Part shown: positions 10,693 to 19,076 of the stretch, one piece after another | How the letters are laid out: every line of letters starts with the position of its first letter | Position numbering within the stretch: position 1 is the first letter of the stretch | Assembly (NCBI GenBank): GCA_025462945.1 | Contig: JAOAPO010000494.1 | Span: 1-50,771 of the forward strand | Length of the DNA: 50,771 bases | Direction: 5' to 3' | Source: Bryobacterales bacterium | GTDB taxonomy: Bacteria > Acidobacteriota > Terriglobia > Bryobacterales > Bryobacteraceae | The notes under the pieces: model-generated | What the model was told of the DNA's origin: nothing | The model's input: only the letters and a program-made list of their open reading frames with translations | The model's database searches: none | Translations under genes and position numbers: made by a program

Positions 10693-11709
10693 ATGAAGCT
10701 AAGCGAACTTGCAGACGCGTTGGGTTGCCGGGCTGAAGGCGACGGGCAGATCGACATCACGGGTGTGATGGGGATGGAGAAGGCCGAGGCTGGCCATCTC
10801 ACGTTCCTGGCCAACATGAAGTATGCCCCCCGGCTGAAGAACACCGCGGCCAGCGCGGTGATTGCGGCGCGGCCGGTGGACGGCCTGCCTACACTGATTT
10901 CGACCAATCCTTATCTGGATTTTGCTCGCGCACTGGAGTTTTTCTATCAACCGCCCCGCCCTGCTGCGGGAATCCACCCTTCCGCTGCGATCGCCGCGAC
11001 GGCAAAGATTGGCGCGGGCGTATCGATCGGCGCGTTCGTCTCGGTGGGCGAGCGGGCCGAGATTGGTGACGCGGCGATTCTGCACCCGCATTCGGTGGTC
11101 TACGAAGGCGCTGTCATCGGGAGTCGCGCGATTCTGCACTCGCACTCCGTAGTCCGGGAATTCTGCTGTGTCGGTGCCCGGGTCATCCTGCAAAACGGGG
11201 TGGTGGTGGGCGGAGATGGGTTCGGTTTTGCAAAACGCGCTGACGGGTCGCACCATAAGATCGTGCAGTCGGGCGTGACTGTCATTGAGGATGATGTCGA
11301 AATCCAGTCGCTGACTTCCGTGGACCGGGCGACGGTGGGCGAGACGCGCGTGAAGCGGGGCGCGAAGATCGACAGTCTGGTGCAGATTGGGCATGCCTGC
11401 GTGGTGGGCGAGGACAACATCATTTGCGCCCAGACGGGTCTGGCGGGCAGTTCGATTCTGGAGCGCAACGTGCTTCTGGCTGGACAAGTGGGGATCTCAG
11501 GGCATTTGACCATTCATGAAGGCGCAACAGTGTATGCGCAGAGCGGTATCGGGGGAGACGTGGCGCCCAATTCGCGCGTTTCGGGATCACCGGCCTTTGA
11601 GGCGGGTGACTGGCTCCGCGCAATTACCACTTTTCAGAAGCTGCCGGAAATGATGCGTAGCATTCGGGAGCTGAAGAAACGAGTGGAAGAGCTGGAGTCC
11701 GCCAAGTGA
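10693..11709 (+). CDS. lpxD: UDP-3-O-acylglucosamine N-acyltransferase
   Basis: 338 aa. N-terminal LpxD domain (MKLSELADALG..ITGV), then long left-handed beta-helix hexapeptide repeats and GHACVVGEDNIICAQTGLAGS. Confidence 0.85.
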   Translation: MKLSELADALGCRAEGDGQIDITGVMGMEKAEAGHLTFLANMKYAPRLKNTAASAVIAARPVDGLPTLISTNPYLDFARALEFFYQPPRPAAGIHPSAAIAATAKIGAGVSIGAFVSVGERAEIGDAAILHPHSVVYEGAVIGSRAILHSHSVVREFCCVGARVILQNGVVVGGDGFGFAKRADGSHHKIVQSGVTVIEDDVEIQSLTSVDRATVGETRVKRGAKIDSLVQIGHACVVGEDNIICAQTGLAGSSILERNVLLAGQVGISGHLTIHEGATVYAQSGIGGDVAPNSRVSGSPAFEAGDWLRAITTFQKLPEMMRSIRELKKRVEELESAK

Positions 11710-12509
11710 GCGCGCCCAATGACGTGGAGAAGAGACCGCCTCTCGCGTACCTGAACGAGGAGTTTCTCAAGCGAGCCGATGCCCGACCCCTGCGGATACT
11801 TTCTGAGTATCTGGAACCGTTGGCCCACTTCCGTAAGGAACGGATTTCGGACACGATCGTTTTCTTCGGTTCAGCCAGGATACGAGAGGAAGGTCCGCTG
11901 AGCCGCTATTATCACGATGCCCGCAAGCTGGCAGGTATGGTCACTGAGTGGTCCCATGCCCTGCCCTCTTCGGCGGAGCGGTTTGTGATCTGCTCTGGCG
12001 GCGGACCGGGCATTATGGAAGCGGCGAATCGCGGGGCTACAGAGGCCGGGGGGAAAACCATCGGGCTGAATATCGGCCTGCCTTTCGAGCAGTTTCCGAA
12101 CCCGTGGATCACGCCGGAGCTGAACTTCGAGTTCCATTACTTCTTCATGCGGAAGTACTGGTTTGCGTACCTGGCGAAAGCGCTGGTGGTGTTCCCTGGC
12201 GGTTTCGGTACGATGGATGAGCTGTTCGAGATCCTGACGCTTGTGCAGACGCTGAAACTCAAGAAGAAGATTGCGATTGTGCTCTACGGCAGCGAATTCT
12301 GGAGGGAAACAATCAACTTCGATGCGCTGGTTCGTCATGGCACGATTTCGGCGGGGGACCTGGAGCTGTTTGAGTTCGCCGACACCCCGGAGGTCGCGTT
12401 CAGGATGCTGACGAATAAACTGCAGGCGAGCAGCAAGCTGCCGGCACCGGAAGCCCCGGAAATAGCGAGTAGCGCCAAGCCGACGAGCACACATACGGGG
12501 TCGAAATGA
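11706..12509 (+). CDS. LOG / TIGR00730-family nucleotide N-ribohydrolase-like protein
   Basis: GTG start overlapping the lpxD stop (GTGA). Motifs SGGGPGIMEAANRGA and PGGFGTMDELFE are diagnostic for the family. Confidence 0.75.
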   Translation: MSAPNDVEKRPPLAYLNEEFLKRADARPLRILSEYLEPLAHFRKERISDTIVFFGSARIREEGPLSRYYHDARKLAGMVTEWSHALPSSAERFVICSGGGPGIMEAANRGATEAGGKTIGLNIGLPFEQFPNPWITPELNFEFHYFFMRKYWFAYLAKALVVFPGGFGTMDELFEILTLVQTLKLKKKIAIVLYGSEFWRETINFDALVRHGTISAGDLELFEFADTPEVAFRMLTNKLQASSKLPAPEAPEIASSAKPTSTHTGSK

Positions 12510-13237
12510 CGGCCCGGCTGATTGCGGGCCTCTGTCTGCTTGTCTCGGGTGCGTATGCACAGGGTGACACGGAAATCTACTACGTGGGGCTGCTACGGCC
12601 CGCGGCTGAGCGGAAGCTGTTGTCGCGCGAGGACGGCGAACGACTCCAGGCAGCGCACATGGCGCATATCCGCAAGATGGCAGAAGACGGGTATCTCGTG
12701 GCGGCAGGGCCGTTCGAAGACACGCCGATTACGATCAGCGGAATTTTCATCCTCAAGGCTGCATCGCTCGAAGAAGCTCGGCGGATTGCGCGGCAGGATC
12801 CGACCATTGTGGAAAAGCGGAATACGATTGATGTGCACCCGTGGCGAGGACCGGCCGGGATCGGCGAGGAGTACCGGCGGCTGCATCAGGCTGATCCGAA
12901 GACTCCGGAGGGCATGGGGTTGCACCCGATTGTCTTCATTCGGCCTGGGCCGAAGTGGAATAGTCAAGGACCGGGAAACGCTTCCGATCTCGTGAACGGC
13001 ATGACCACCAGTTCGCAGATACTCGGTCGGGCAATCAATGGGATGAGGCGGACCGGGAAGCTGGTTGCGGGAGGTCCGGTTGAGGGTGAGGATGACCTTA
13101 AGGGCATCCTGATTTTTGACCGAATTTCGCTGAAAGTGGCAATGCAGGCGGTCAGCGAGCAACTTGAGCTGCAGAATGGCATGATGAAGGCCGAGTACCA
13201 CGAATTCTACTCGGCTGCGCACGTGTTCCCGTGGTGA
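12506..13237 (+). CDS. Secreted protein with two tandem YciI-like domains
   Basis: Signal peptide MTARLIAGLCLLVSGAYAQ. Two repeats of the YciI-like pattern (..HMAHIRKMAEDGYLVAAGPFED..GIFILKA.. and ..GKLVAGGPVEGEDDLKGILIFD..). ATGA overlap with the upstream gene. Confidence 0.55.
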   Translation: MTARLIAGLCLLVSGAYAQGDTEIYYVGLLRPAAERKLLSREDGERLQAAHMAHIRKMAEDGYLVAAGPFEDTPITISGIFILKAASLEEARRIARQDPTIVEKRNTIDVHPWRGPAGIGEEYRRLHQADPKTPEGMGLHPIVFIRPGPKWNSQGPGNASDLVNGMTTSSQILGRAINGMRRTGKLVAGGPVEGEDDLKGILIFDRISLKVAMQAVSEQLELQNGMMKAEYHEFYSAAHVFPW

Positions 13238-13256
13238 GTTGGCAAAATCGAAATGA

Positions 13257-13265
13257 TGGTATATT
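13257..13265 (+). promoter_or_regulatory. Extended -10 promoter element TGgTATATT (candidate antisense-RNA promoter, copy 1)
   Basis: TGG TATATT at 13257..13265, with a possible -35 TTGGCA at 13239..13244 (15-nt spacer). The same TGG-TAATTT element sits at the equivalent place in copy 2 (38132..38140, minus strand). Confidence 0.45.
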
Positions 13266-13317
13266 GTGTTACTGAGAGGGCCAGTGGGAGGCACCACAAG
13301 CCCTCTTCGGAAGAAGA

Positions 13318-13401
13318 CTACAGTTCAAGTTCGAACTTAATCTTCGTCCGTCGTTTCCGCCGTAAAAGCAGAAGAACGATCAGTAAAGTAAGAAAGATCA
13401 T
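13318..13401 (-). CDS. 27-aa mini-protein MIFLTLLIVLLLLRRKRRTKIKFELEL (hydrophobic N-terminus, Arg/Lys cluster, amphipathic tail); type I toxin-like
   Basis: Below the ORF-track size cutoff. ATG at 13401 is preceded by AAGGAGGG with a 5-nt spacer. A paralogous 26-aa ORF in copy 2 has the same architecture and a conserved KIK tripeptide encoded by different synonymous codons. Confidence 0.5.
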   Translation of the reverse strand: MIFLTLLIVLLLLRRKRRTKIKFELEL

Positions 13402-13413
13402 CTAGACCCTCCT

Positions 13414-13520
13414 TTCTACTCCGGTAGATTTGCGGACCCCGCCCTACACGGCGGGGTTTTGCATTTTCGGAGTCCGAAGCTCCTGATGCAAACCGCCTCT
13501 CCTCAAATCGCGGAGTAGAA
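13414..13520 (-). promoter_or_regulatory. Conserved multi-helix 5' leader RNA of the mini-ORF, copy 1
   Basis: Closing helix ttctactccg/cggagtagaa ends directly at the SD. Internal hairpins are tttgcat..ggagC(UUCG)Gactcc..atgcaaa and ccccgcc-gtgtag-ggcgggg. The same helices can be drawn in copy 2. Confidence 0.5.
13436..13467 (+). terminator. Rho-independent terminator (plus strand), candidate end of the antisense RNA
   Basis: The 7-bp GC-rich stem ccccgcc/ggcgggg has a 6-nt loop and is followed by TTTTgcaTTTT. Confidence 0.55.
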
Positions 13521-13684
13521 CAATCAGAATAGCCATTGCAGGGAGAAATGAAAATACCTCTCTCCCGAGGTGGTAGTACATCTCCCAGCACCGGCTCTTC
13601 GTCTGATATCCTTGTTCTTTCAGGAGCTTAAAGCACCCTCGACGGGGTGCGCCTAAGCTCAAACCTCCGGAGCCACTTCTCAAC

Positions 13685-14434
13685 ATGTCAGGCCACTCTA
13701 AATGGGCGACGATCAAGCACAAAAAAGCCGCAACAGACGCTAAGCGCGGCAAGGTCTTCACCCGACTCATCAAGGAAATTCAGATCGCAGCTCGCTCCGG
13801 CGGCGGCGACCCGGACGGTAACCCCCGTCTGCGTACGGCGATCACTGCCGCAAAAGCGGTGTCCATGCCGGCGGACAACATCAAGAAGGCCGTTATGCGC
13901 GGCACTGGCGAACTGGAAGGCGGCCAGATCGACGAAATCATGTTCGAAGGCTACGGTCCCGGTGGCGCGGCAGTCCTCGTGATGACGGCTACCGACAATC
14001 GCAACCGTACGGTGAGCGAGATTCGCCACGCGTTTGGCAAGCAGGGCGGCAACCTGGGTGAACAGGGCAGCGTGGCCTGGATGTTCGAGCGGCGCAGCCA
14101 GATTGTCATCGACAAAGAGCACGCGGAAGAAGACGCGCTGATGACTCTCGCGCTGGAAGCGGGCGCTGAAGACCTGAAAGACTCCGGTGACACGTGGGAA
14201 ATCCTCTCCGATCCGTCGAATCACGATGCGGTGCTCGAAGCCATCAAGAAAGCCGGAATCGAAGTTGTCTCCGCGGAAGCAGTCGCGATGGTGCCTAAAA
14301 ACCTGATGCAGGTGGAAGGGAAACATGCGGCAGCGATGATGCGGCTCACGGACTTCCTGGAAGAACACGAGGACGTGCAGAACGTCTACTCGAACTTCGA
14401 TATCTCCGAGGAAGAGCTCGCGAAACTCGCCTGA
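13685..14434 (+). CDS. yebC: YebC/PmpR-family DNA-binding transcriptional regulator
   Basis: [32 protein letters not shown]... is the hallmark N-terminus. 249 aa. Confidence 0.9.
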   Translation: MSGHSKWATIKHKKAATDAKRGKVFTRLIKEIQIAARSGGGDPDGNPRLRTAITAAKAVSMPADNIKKAVMRGTGELEGGQIDEIMFEGYGPGGAAVLVMTATDNRNRTVSEIRHAFGKQGGNLGEQGSVAWMFERRSQIVIDKEHAEEDALMTLALEAGAEDLKDSGDTWEILSDPSNHDAVLEAIKKAGIEVVSAEAVAMVPKNLMQVEGKHAAAMMRLTDFLEEHEDVQNVYSNFDISEEELAKLA

Positions 14435-14457
14435 TCAGAGCACTGGAGGTCGCCCCA

Positions 14458-14982
14458 ATGCGGGTGCTTGGAATCGATTGCGGCACGGAGCGGACCGGGT
14501 ACGGGGTCATCGACAGCGATGGCCGCGATCACCGACTCGTAACGGCTGGCTGCATTCGGTCCTCCGCGAAAGATCCTCTGGAGAAGCGGCTGCTGAATAT
14601 CGCCTGTGAACTCCGACTGATCCTCACGGAGCACCGCCCGACTTTTGCCGCCGTCGAAGAGGTATTCTTCGCTGCCAATGCCCGGAGTGCTCTGAAGTTG
14701 GCGCATGTTCGGGGCATCGCCCTGCTGTTGATAGCGGAGGCCTCAGTGACGTTTTCGGAGTACTCGGCCACCGAGGTCAAGTTGAGCGTCGTCGGGTATG
14801 GGCGGGCTGAAAAGGTTCAGGTCCAGCAGATGGTGGCTTCGATTTTGCGTTTGCCGGAAATCATCAAATCGGAAGATGCCAGTGACGCTCTCGCCATTGC
14901 AATCTGTCATGCGAACAGCCAGATTATGAAGGATCTTACGACGAGAATCCCAGCCGGGCGGGCTGTGCAGGGGGCGCTTTGA
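14458..14982 (+). CDS. ruvC: Crossover junction endodeoxyribonuclease RuvC
   Basis: [19 protein letters not shown].., ..[22 protein letters not shown].., ..[13 protein letters not shown]. 174 aa. Confidence 0.9.
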   Translation: MRVLGIDCGTERTGYGVIDSDGRDHRLVTAGCIRSSAKDPLEKRLLNIACELRLILTEHRPTFAAVEEVFFAANARSALKLAHVRGIALLLIAEASVTFSEYSATEVKLSVVGYGRAEKVQVQQMVASILRLPEIIKSEDASDALAIAICHANSQIMKDLTTRIPAGRAVQGAL

Positions 14983-15590
14983 GAGCCCTCGCGCTGTTCC
15001 TGATTGCCGGTCTGCCGCTGCTGGCCGAGGGTCCGCGGATCGTCTACACGAAGACGTTTCCGGGTAGTTCGCCCGCCTACATCCAGATCAGCCTGGAGCG
15101 GTCGGGCGATTCGATCTACAAGGAAGACCCGAAGGATGAAAATCCTGTGGCCTTCAAACTCAATGACGCTGATACGAAGGCGATTTTTGACCTCGCCGAT
15201 CGCCTGGATCATTTCGGGAAGCGTTTGGAATCAGGTCTGAAGGTTGCGTTCATGGGCGCGAAGACTTTCCGGTACGAAGGGGATGGTGCTCCCAAAGAAG
15301 CAAACTTCAACTACTCCGAGGACCTGGAAGCCAAGACGCTGGTCGACTGGTTCGAAAGGATCGCGGAATCGGAGCGCGCGTACATCGATCTGGAGCGCGC
15401 GGTTCGCTTCGACAAGCTCGGCGTGAATGACTCCATTCTGCGGATCGAAATGTCGCGGAACCAGAAGCGACTGGTGGCGGAAGAGCAGTTCCTGCCCTTT
15501 CTCGATCGCGTTGTGAAGAGCGAGGCCTTCATGCACATGGCGCGGACAAGGGCTGCTGCGCTCGCGGAGAGTATTCGGGCGCCGAAATGA
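14979..15590 (+). CDS. Hypothetical exported protein
   Basis: TTG start overlapping the ruvC stop. Signal peptide-like [19 protein letters not shown] recognise no family. Confidence 0.5.
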   Translation: MRALALFLIAGLPLLAEGPRIVYTKTFPGSSPAYIQISLERSGDSIYKEDPKDENPVAFKLNDADTKAIFDLADRLDHFGKRLESGLKVAFMGAKTFRYEGDGAPKEANFNYSEDLEAKTLVDWFERIAESERAYIDLERAVRFDKLGVNDSILRIEMSRNQKRLVAEEQFLPFLDRVVKSEAFMHMARTRAAALAESIRAPK

Positions 15591-16870
15591 GGTGGCTGGT
15601 TCTGATTGCCGCGGGCTCGGTTCTTCTGGCGCAACAGCCGGCGGCCCCCCCGGCCACTGGAGCTACGGAAGAGAGTGACCTGAACCGGGCCGTGTCAGAG
15701 TCGGGCGGCAGCCAGATCGACTTCATCAAGGCTCTGGAGCGGCACCTGGCTAAGTATCCGGATTCAAAGCAACGGGCGGCCATCGATAAGGCCATCGCGA
15801 AGGCGGCGATGGAGCAGAATGACAACGAGCGAACGCTGATCTACGGTGAGCGCGTGCTGGCTGCCGAACCAGCCAGTTCGGATCTTCCGCTGCTCGACCG
15901 GGTGATTCGGCTACTTCTCGATTCCGATAAGCCAGAACCCGCGACGAAAGCGATCGCCCTCACCAAACGCTACCAGCGCGAAGTGGAAGCGATGCGTTCG
16001 GGCGCGGCGAAGAGCCACATGTCCGAAGGCCAGTGGGGTGAGGAAGTCAGCAAGGCACTGGCGCGGACGCTCGTGCTGGAGGCTCGCGCCACCGGCAACC
16101 TGGGACACGTGGACGATGCCGTCGCTCTCGCCTCCAAGGCGTGGAATGTATACCCTGGCTCTGAAGCCGCCCGGGAGAGGGCCCGCTGGCTGGTGAAGCA
16201 GGGCAAAGATGCGGAAGCCTTGCAGTGTTACGCGGATGCTTTCACCATCGCGGACACGCGAACGACGTCAATGGAACGCATCGCGGACCGGACTCACATG
16301 GGCGAACTGCGGCGGAAGCTCAATGACTCCGAGGCTGGACTCGGAGATGTGATCTTAGCTGCCTTCGATCGGAATACGTCGCTCAAACTGGCGCGCGCAG
16401 AGGCCATTCGTAAGAAAGACCCCAATGCGGGGGCCACTGAGCTGGTGGAATTTGTTCTGCCGCGAACGGATGGTAGCGAATCGCTGGCTGTCGCGTCTCT
16501 TAAAGGTAAGACCGTAGTCATGGACTTCTGGGCCACGTGGTGCGCTCCATGCAGAATCCAACATCCGATGATTGAAAACGTAAAGAAGAAGTTCGAGAAG
16601 AACCCGGATGTAGTATTCCTCTCGGTTGACTCCGATGAGGACCACTCGCTCGTGCCCGCGTTCCTGAACGAGATGAAGTGGGAGGGACCCAGCTACTTCG
16701 ATGCCGGACTGAGCAATCTGCTCAACATTGCGTCCATCCCCACTGTTCTGATCCTCGGACCGGACGGCAAGGTCTCCTCCCGCATGGTCGGCTTCATCCC
16801 CGAGCGGTTTGAAGCGATGCTGGGCGATCGAATCACGGAAGCAGTGTCTGCTGGAGCGGCCAGCAACTAA
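15587..16870 (+). CDS. Exported TPR-like / TlpA-type thioredoxin-fold thiol:disulfide oxidoreductase
   Basis: ATGA overlap with the upstream gene. N-terminal signal, helical-repeat middle part, and a C-terminal redoxin domain with VVMDFWATWCAPC (CxxC). Confidence 0.7.
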   Translation: MRWLVLIAAGSVLLAQQPAAPPATGATEESDLNRAVSESGGSQIDFIKALERHLAKYPDSKQRAAIDKAIAKAAMEQNDNERTLIYGERVLAAEPASSDLPLLDRVIRLLLDSDKPEPATKAIALTKRYQREVEAMRSGAAKSHMSEGQWGEEVSKALARTLVLEARATGNLGHVDDAVALASKAWNVYPGSEAARERARWLVKQGKDAEALQCYADAFTIADTRTTSMERIADRTHMGELRRKLNDSEAGLGDVILAAFDRNTSLKLARAEAIRKKDPNAGATELVEFVLPRTDGSESLAVASLKGKTVVMDFWATWCAPCRIQHPMIENVKKKFEKNPDVVFLSVDSDEDHSLVPAFLNEMKWEGPSYFDAGLSNLLNIASIPTVLILGPDGKVSSRMVGFIPERFEAMLGDRITEAVSAGAASN

Positions 16871-16874
16871 GCCG

Positions 16875-17699
16875 ATGCACCGCCGCTACGCCACCTTCGC
16901 AGCACTTTTCTGCCTTGTCGCCCTCGGCACAGCCCTGGCGTGGCAGAAGCCATTTCGGCAGTACGCCGGTCTGGAGTACGAAGACTTCCCGCTGCCGCCT
17001 GACTATCAGGAGAAGACGGAGTGGGTCTTTGCGCGACTCATGTACCCCGCCAATGAGACTTACGGGTTCCGCGGTTCCGATGACTGGAAGCAGGGCGCCT
17101 CCAACTGGACGATCGATTATCCTCGTTCCGACCGTCATTTGACGATGGCCGTGCGCCGACTAACCAGACTGCATGTCCGGTCCGTCGAGCAGGTTGTGGA
17201 TCTTGACGATGTGGATGACGTGTTCAACTATCCCTGGCTCTACGCTGTGGAACTGGGGTACTGGAATCTGAGTCCTTCGCAGATTGTAAAATTCCGCGAG
17301 TACCTGCTGCGCGGCGGCTTCTTCATGTGCGACGACTTCCACGGGACGCAGGAGTGGGCTGGCTTCATGCGCATCCTTAGCCAGGTTTTCCCAGATCGCA
17401 AAGTGGTCGACATCCCCGAAGAGGACCCAATCTTCCATGTGCTTTATGACCTGAAAGACCGCTACCAGGTGCCCGGCGCGCAGTTTCTCTACTCAGGACG
17501 CAAGGCCGAGAAGGACGGAACGCAGGCCCACTGGCGCGGTGTTTACGACGACAACGGCCGGTTGATGATGGCCATCTGTCACAACATGGATCTGGGCGAC
17601 TCCTGGGAGTGGGCCGACGTCCCGCAGTACCCTGAAGCTTTCTCGTCACTCGGCATTAAGATCGCAACGAACTACATCATCTACTCGATGACTCACTAA
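16875..17699 (+). CDS. DUF4159 domain-containing exported protein
   Basis: Start chosen at ATG 16875 (MHRRYATFAALFCLVALGTALA), just after the upstream stop. WTIDYPRSDRHL.., YPWLYAVELGYWNLS.., LRGGFFMCDDFHG match my memory of DUF4159. Confidence 0.6.
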   Translation: MHRRYATFAALFCLVALGTALAWQKPFRQYAGLEYEDFPLPPDYQEKTEWVFARLMYPANETYGFRGSDDWKQGASNWTIDYPRSDRHLTMAVRRLTRLHVRSVEQVVDLDDVDDVFNYPWLYAVELGYWNLSPSQIVKFREYLLRGGFFMCDDFHGTQEWAGFMRILSQVFPDRKVVDIPEEDPIFHVLYDLKDRYQVPGAQFLYSGRKAEKDGTQAHWRGVYDDNGRLMMAICHNMDLGDSWEWADVPQYPEAFSSLGIKIATNYIIYSMTH

Positions 17700-19076
17700 A
17701 TGAGCCCTGAAACTACTACACTTCCCTCCGACTCCCCTTACCTGATTGACGCTTCCGGCTACACCGGCGAGGCGGAGCAGGTCTTCACGCCCATTGATGC
17801 CTACGAGGTCTCGTCGGTGATGCGCGAGGCGAACGCACTGAATCAGCCGATCACGGTTTCCGGTGCCGGTACAGGCGTGACGGGTGGACGCGTGCCACAT
17901 GGCGGGTGGATTCTGTCTGTCGAGAAGCTCACCTTTACCGATGTAGGGTCGGGATTTGCCACCTGCGGCGCCGGCGTTCTGCTGCGCGACCTGCAGACCG
18001 CGGCGACGCCGTCCAGGCAGTACTACGCGCCCGATCCGACCGAGTGGGGCGCTTCTTTAGGCGGGACCATCTCGACCAATGCCAGCGGGTCACGAAGCTT
18101 CATGTATGGCGACACACGCCGCCACGTGCGGGCGCTGCAGGTTATTTTGGCTTCTGGCGAAAAGCTAAGGCTGCGCCGTGGGGACAAGCCTCCCTTCGAC
18201 CTGCCGGTCATTTCGGCACCGAAGTCCACCAAAAACACTGCCGGATATTTCCTGCGGCCGGATATGGACTACCTCGACCTGTTCATCGGCTCGGAAGGGA
18301 CATTGGGCATCATTGTGGAAGCCGAAGTGACGCTGATGCGGATGCCGCGCGAGCTCTTCACGGGCGTGGTCTTCTTCAGTTCCGACGAACTCGCGCTCGA
18401 CGCTGTGGAGGAATGGCGCGGCGTGCGCGGTCTGCGCATGCTGGAGTACCTCGATGCCGCCTCACTTGATCTGCTGCGTCCGCGCGTCAAAGAGATCCCG
18501 AAAGATGCCAGAGCCGCGATTCTGATTGAGCAGGAAGTAAACGACGGCGAGGACGCGGAAAACGCCTGGCTGACGCGCCTCGAAAAGGGCAAGGCGCTGG
18601 AATCGTCATGGTTTGCAACGTCGGCAGCCGACCGGGAGAAGTTCCGGAAGTTCCGCCATGCCGTGCCGGAAGCGGTGAATGATTTGGTGCGACGTAAGGG
18701 CCTGACCAAAATGGGCTCCGATTTCGCGGTGCCGATCAAGCGCAACGCCGACATGCTGCGGGTCTATCGTGAGGCGCTCGACAAGGAATTTCCGGGCCAA
18801 TACGTGATCTTCGGGCACATCGGCGACGCGCACCTGCATGCCAACATTCTGCCTGCGACACCGGAAGAGTGGGTCCGGGCGAAGGCTCTGATGGTGGAGT
18901 TCGCGAAGCAGGCGGTCGCGATGGGCGGAACGGTTTCAGCCGAGCACGGCCTAGGCAAACGCAAGAAGGATCTGCTGGCGCTTCAGTTCAGCCAGGCAGA
19001 GATCGACATGATGTTGGCCGTGAAGAAGCGTCTCGACCCGAAGAACCTGCTGGGCCGCGGCACGCTATTCAGCTGA
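17700..19076 (+). CDS. FAD-binding (PCMH-type) oxidoreductase, GlcD/D-lactate dehydrogenase family
   Basis: 458 aa. ITVSGAGTGVTGG in the FAD-binding domain. C-terminal GGTVSAEHGLGKRKK and KKRLDPKNLL are typical of the FAD-linked oxidase C-terminal domain. Confidence 0.75.
   Translation: MSPETTTLPSDSPYLIDASGYTGEAEQVFTPIDAYEVSSVMREANALNQPITVSGAGTGVTGGRVPHGGWILSVEKLTFTDVGSGFATCGAGVLLRDLQTAATPSRQYYAPDPTEWGASLGGTISTNASGSRSFMYGDTRRHVRALQVILASGEKLRLRRGDKPPFDLPVISAPKSTKNTAGYFLRPDMDYLDLFIGSEGTLGIIVEAEVTLMRMPRELFTGVVFFSSDELALDAVEEWRGVRGLRMLEYLDAASLDLLRPRVKEIPKDARAAILIEQEVNDGEDAENAWLTRLEKGKALESSWFATSAADREKFRKFRHAVPEAVNDLVRRKGLTKMGSDFAVPIKRNADMLRVYREALDKEFPGQYVIFGHIGDAHLHANILPATPEEWVRAKALMVEFAKQAVAMGGTVSAEHGLGKRKKDLLALQFSQAEIDMMLAVKKRLDPKNLLGRGTLFS

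Larger units (their letters stand above)
13272..13467 (+). ncRNA. Predicted cis-antisense RNA of about 195 nt, fully overlapping the mini-ORF (antitoxin-like), copy 1
   Basis: Bounded by the extended -10 (13257..13265) and the intrinsic terminator (13436..13467). It starts with the conserved hairpin agagggc(13275-81)/gccctct(13300-06). Ends are predicted, not measured. Confidence 0.35.
13254..13581 (-). repeat. Copy 1 of a roughly 325-nt conserved intergenic module (mini-ORF, structured leader, antisense promoter/terminator); paralogue of 37820..38140
   Basis: By-eye alignment of the reverse complement of this interval with 37820..38140 shows colinear blocks. Examples: gtactac; ttctactccg; tttgca..ggagc..ggactcc..aaatgcaaaaccccgcc..gcggggtc.gcaaatctac.ggagtagaaag; aagaggg..cactggccctctca; ataccat. 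Confidence 0.8.

Noticed and set aside
13414-13520. Possibility that the conserved structured element is a tRNA, tmRNA, SRP RNA or RNase P fragment
   Set aside because: There is no cloverleaf, no T-loop GTTCGAATC-type motif and no SRP GGAA/AGCA domain IV signature. Its presence in two copies, each attached to a mini-ORF, argues for a cis-leader. I cannot exclude a named Acidobacteria-specific Rfam motif without a search.
13337-13773. 84-aa and 109-aa minus-strand ORFs spanning the intergenic module and the yebC start
   Set aside because: They have no SD. They cut across the conserved RNA helices and terminator, overlap yebC, and are not conserved in copy 2. The only ORF conserved between the copies is the 26/27-codon one.
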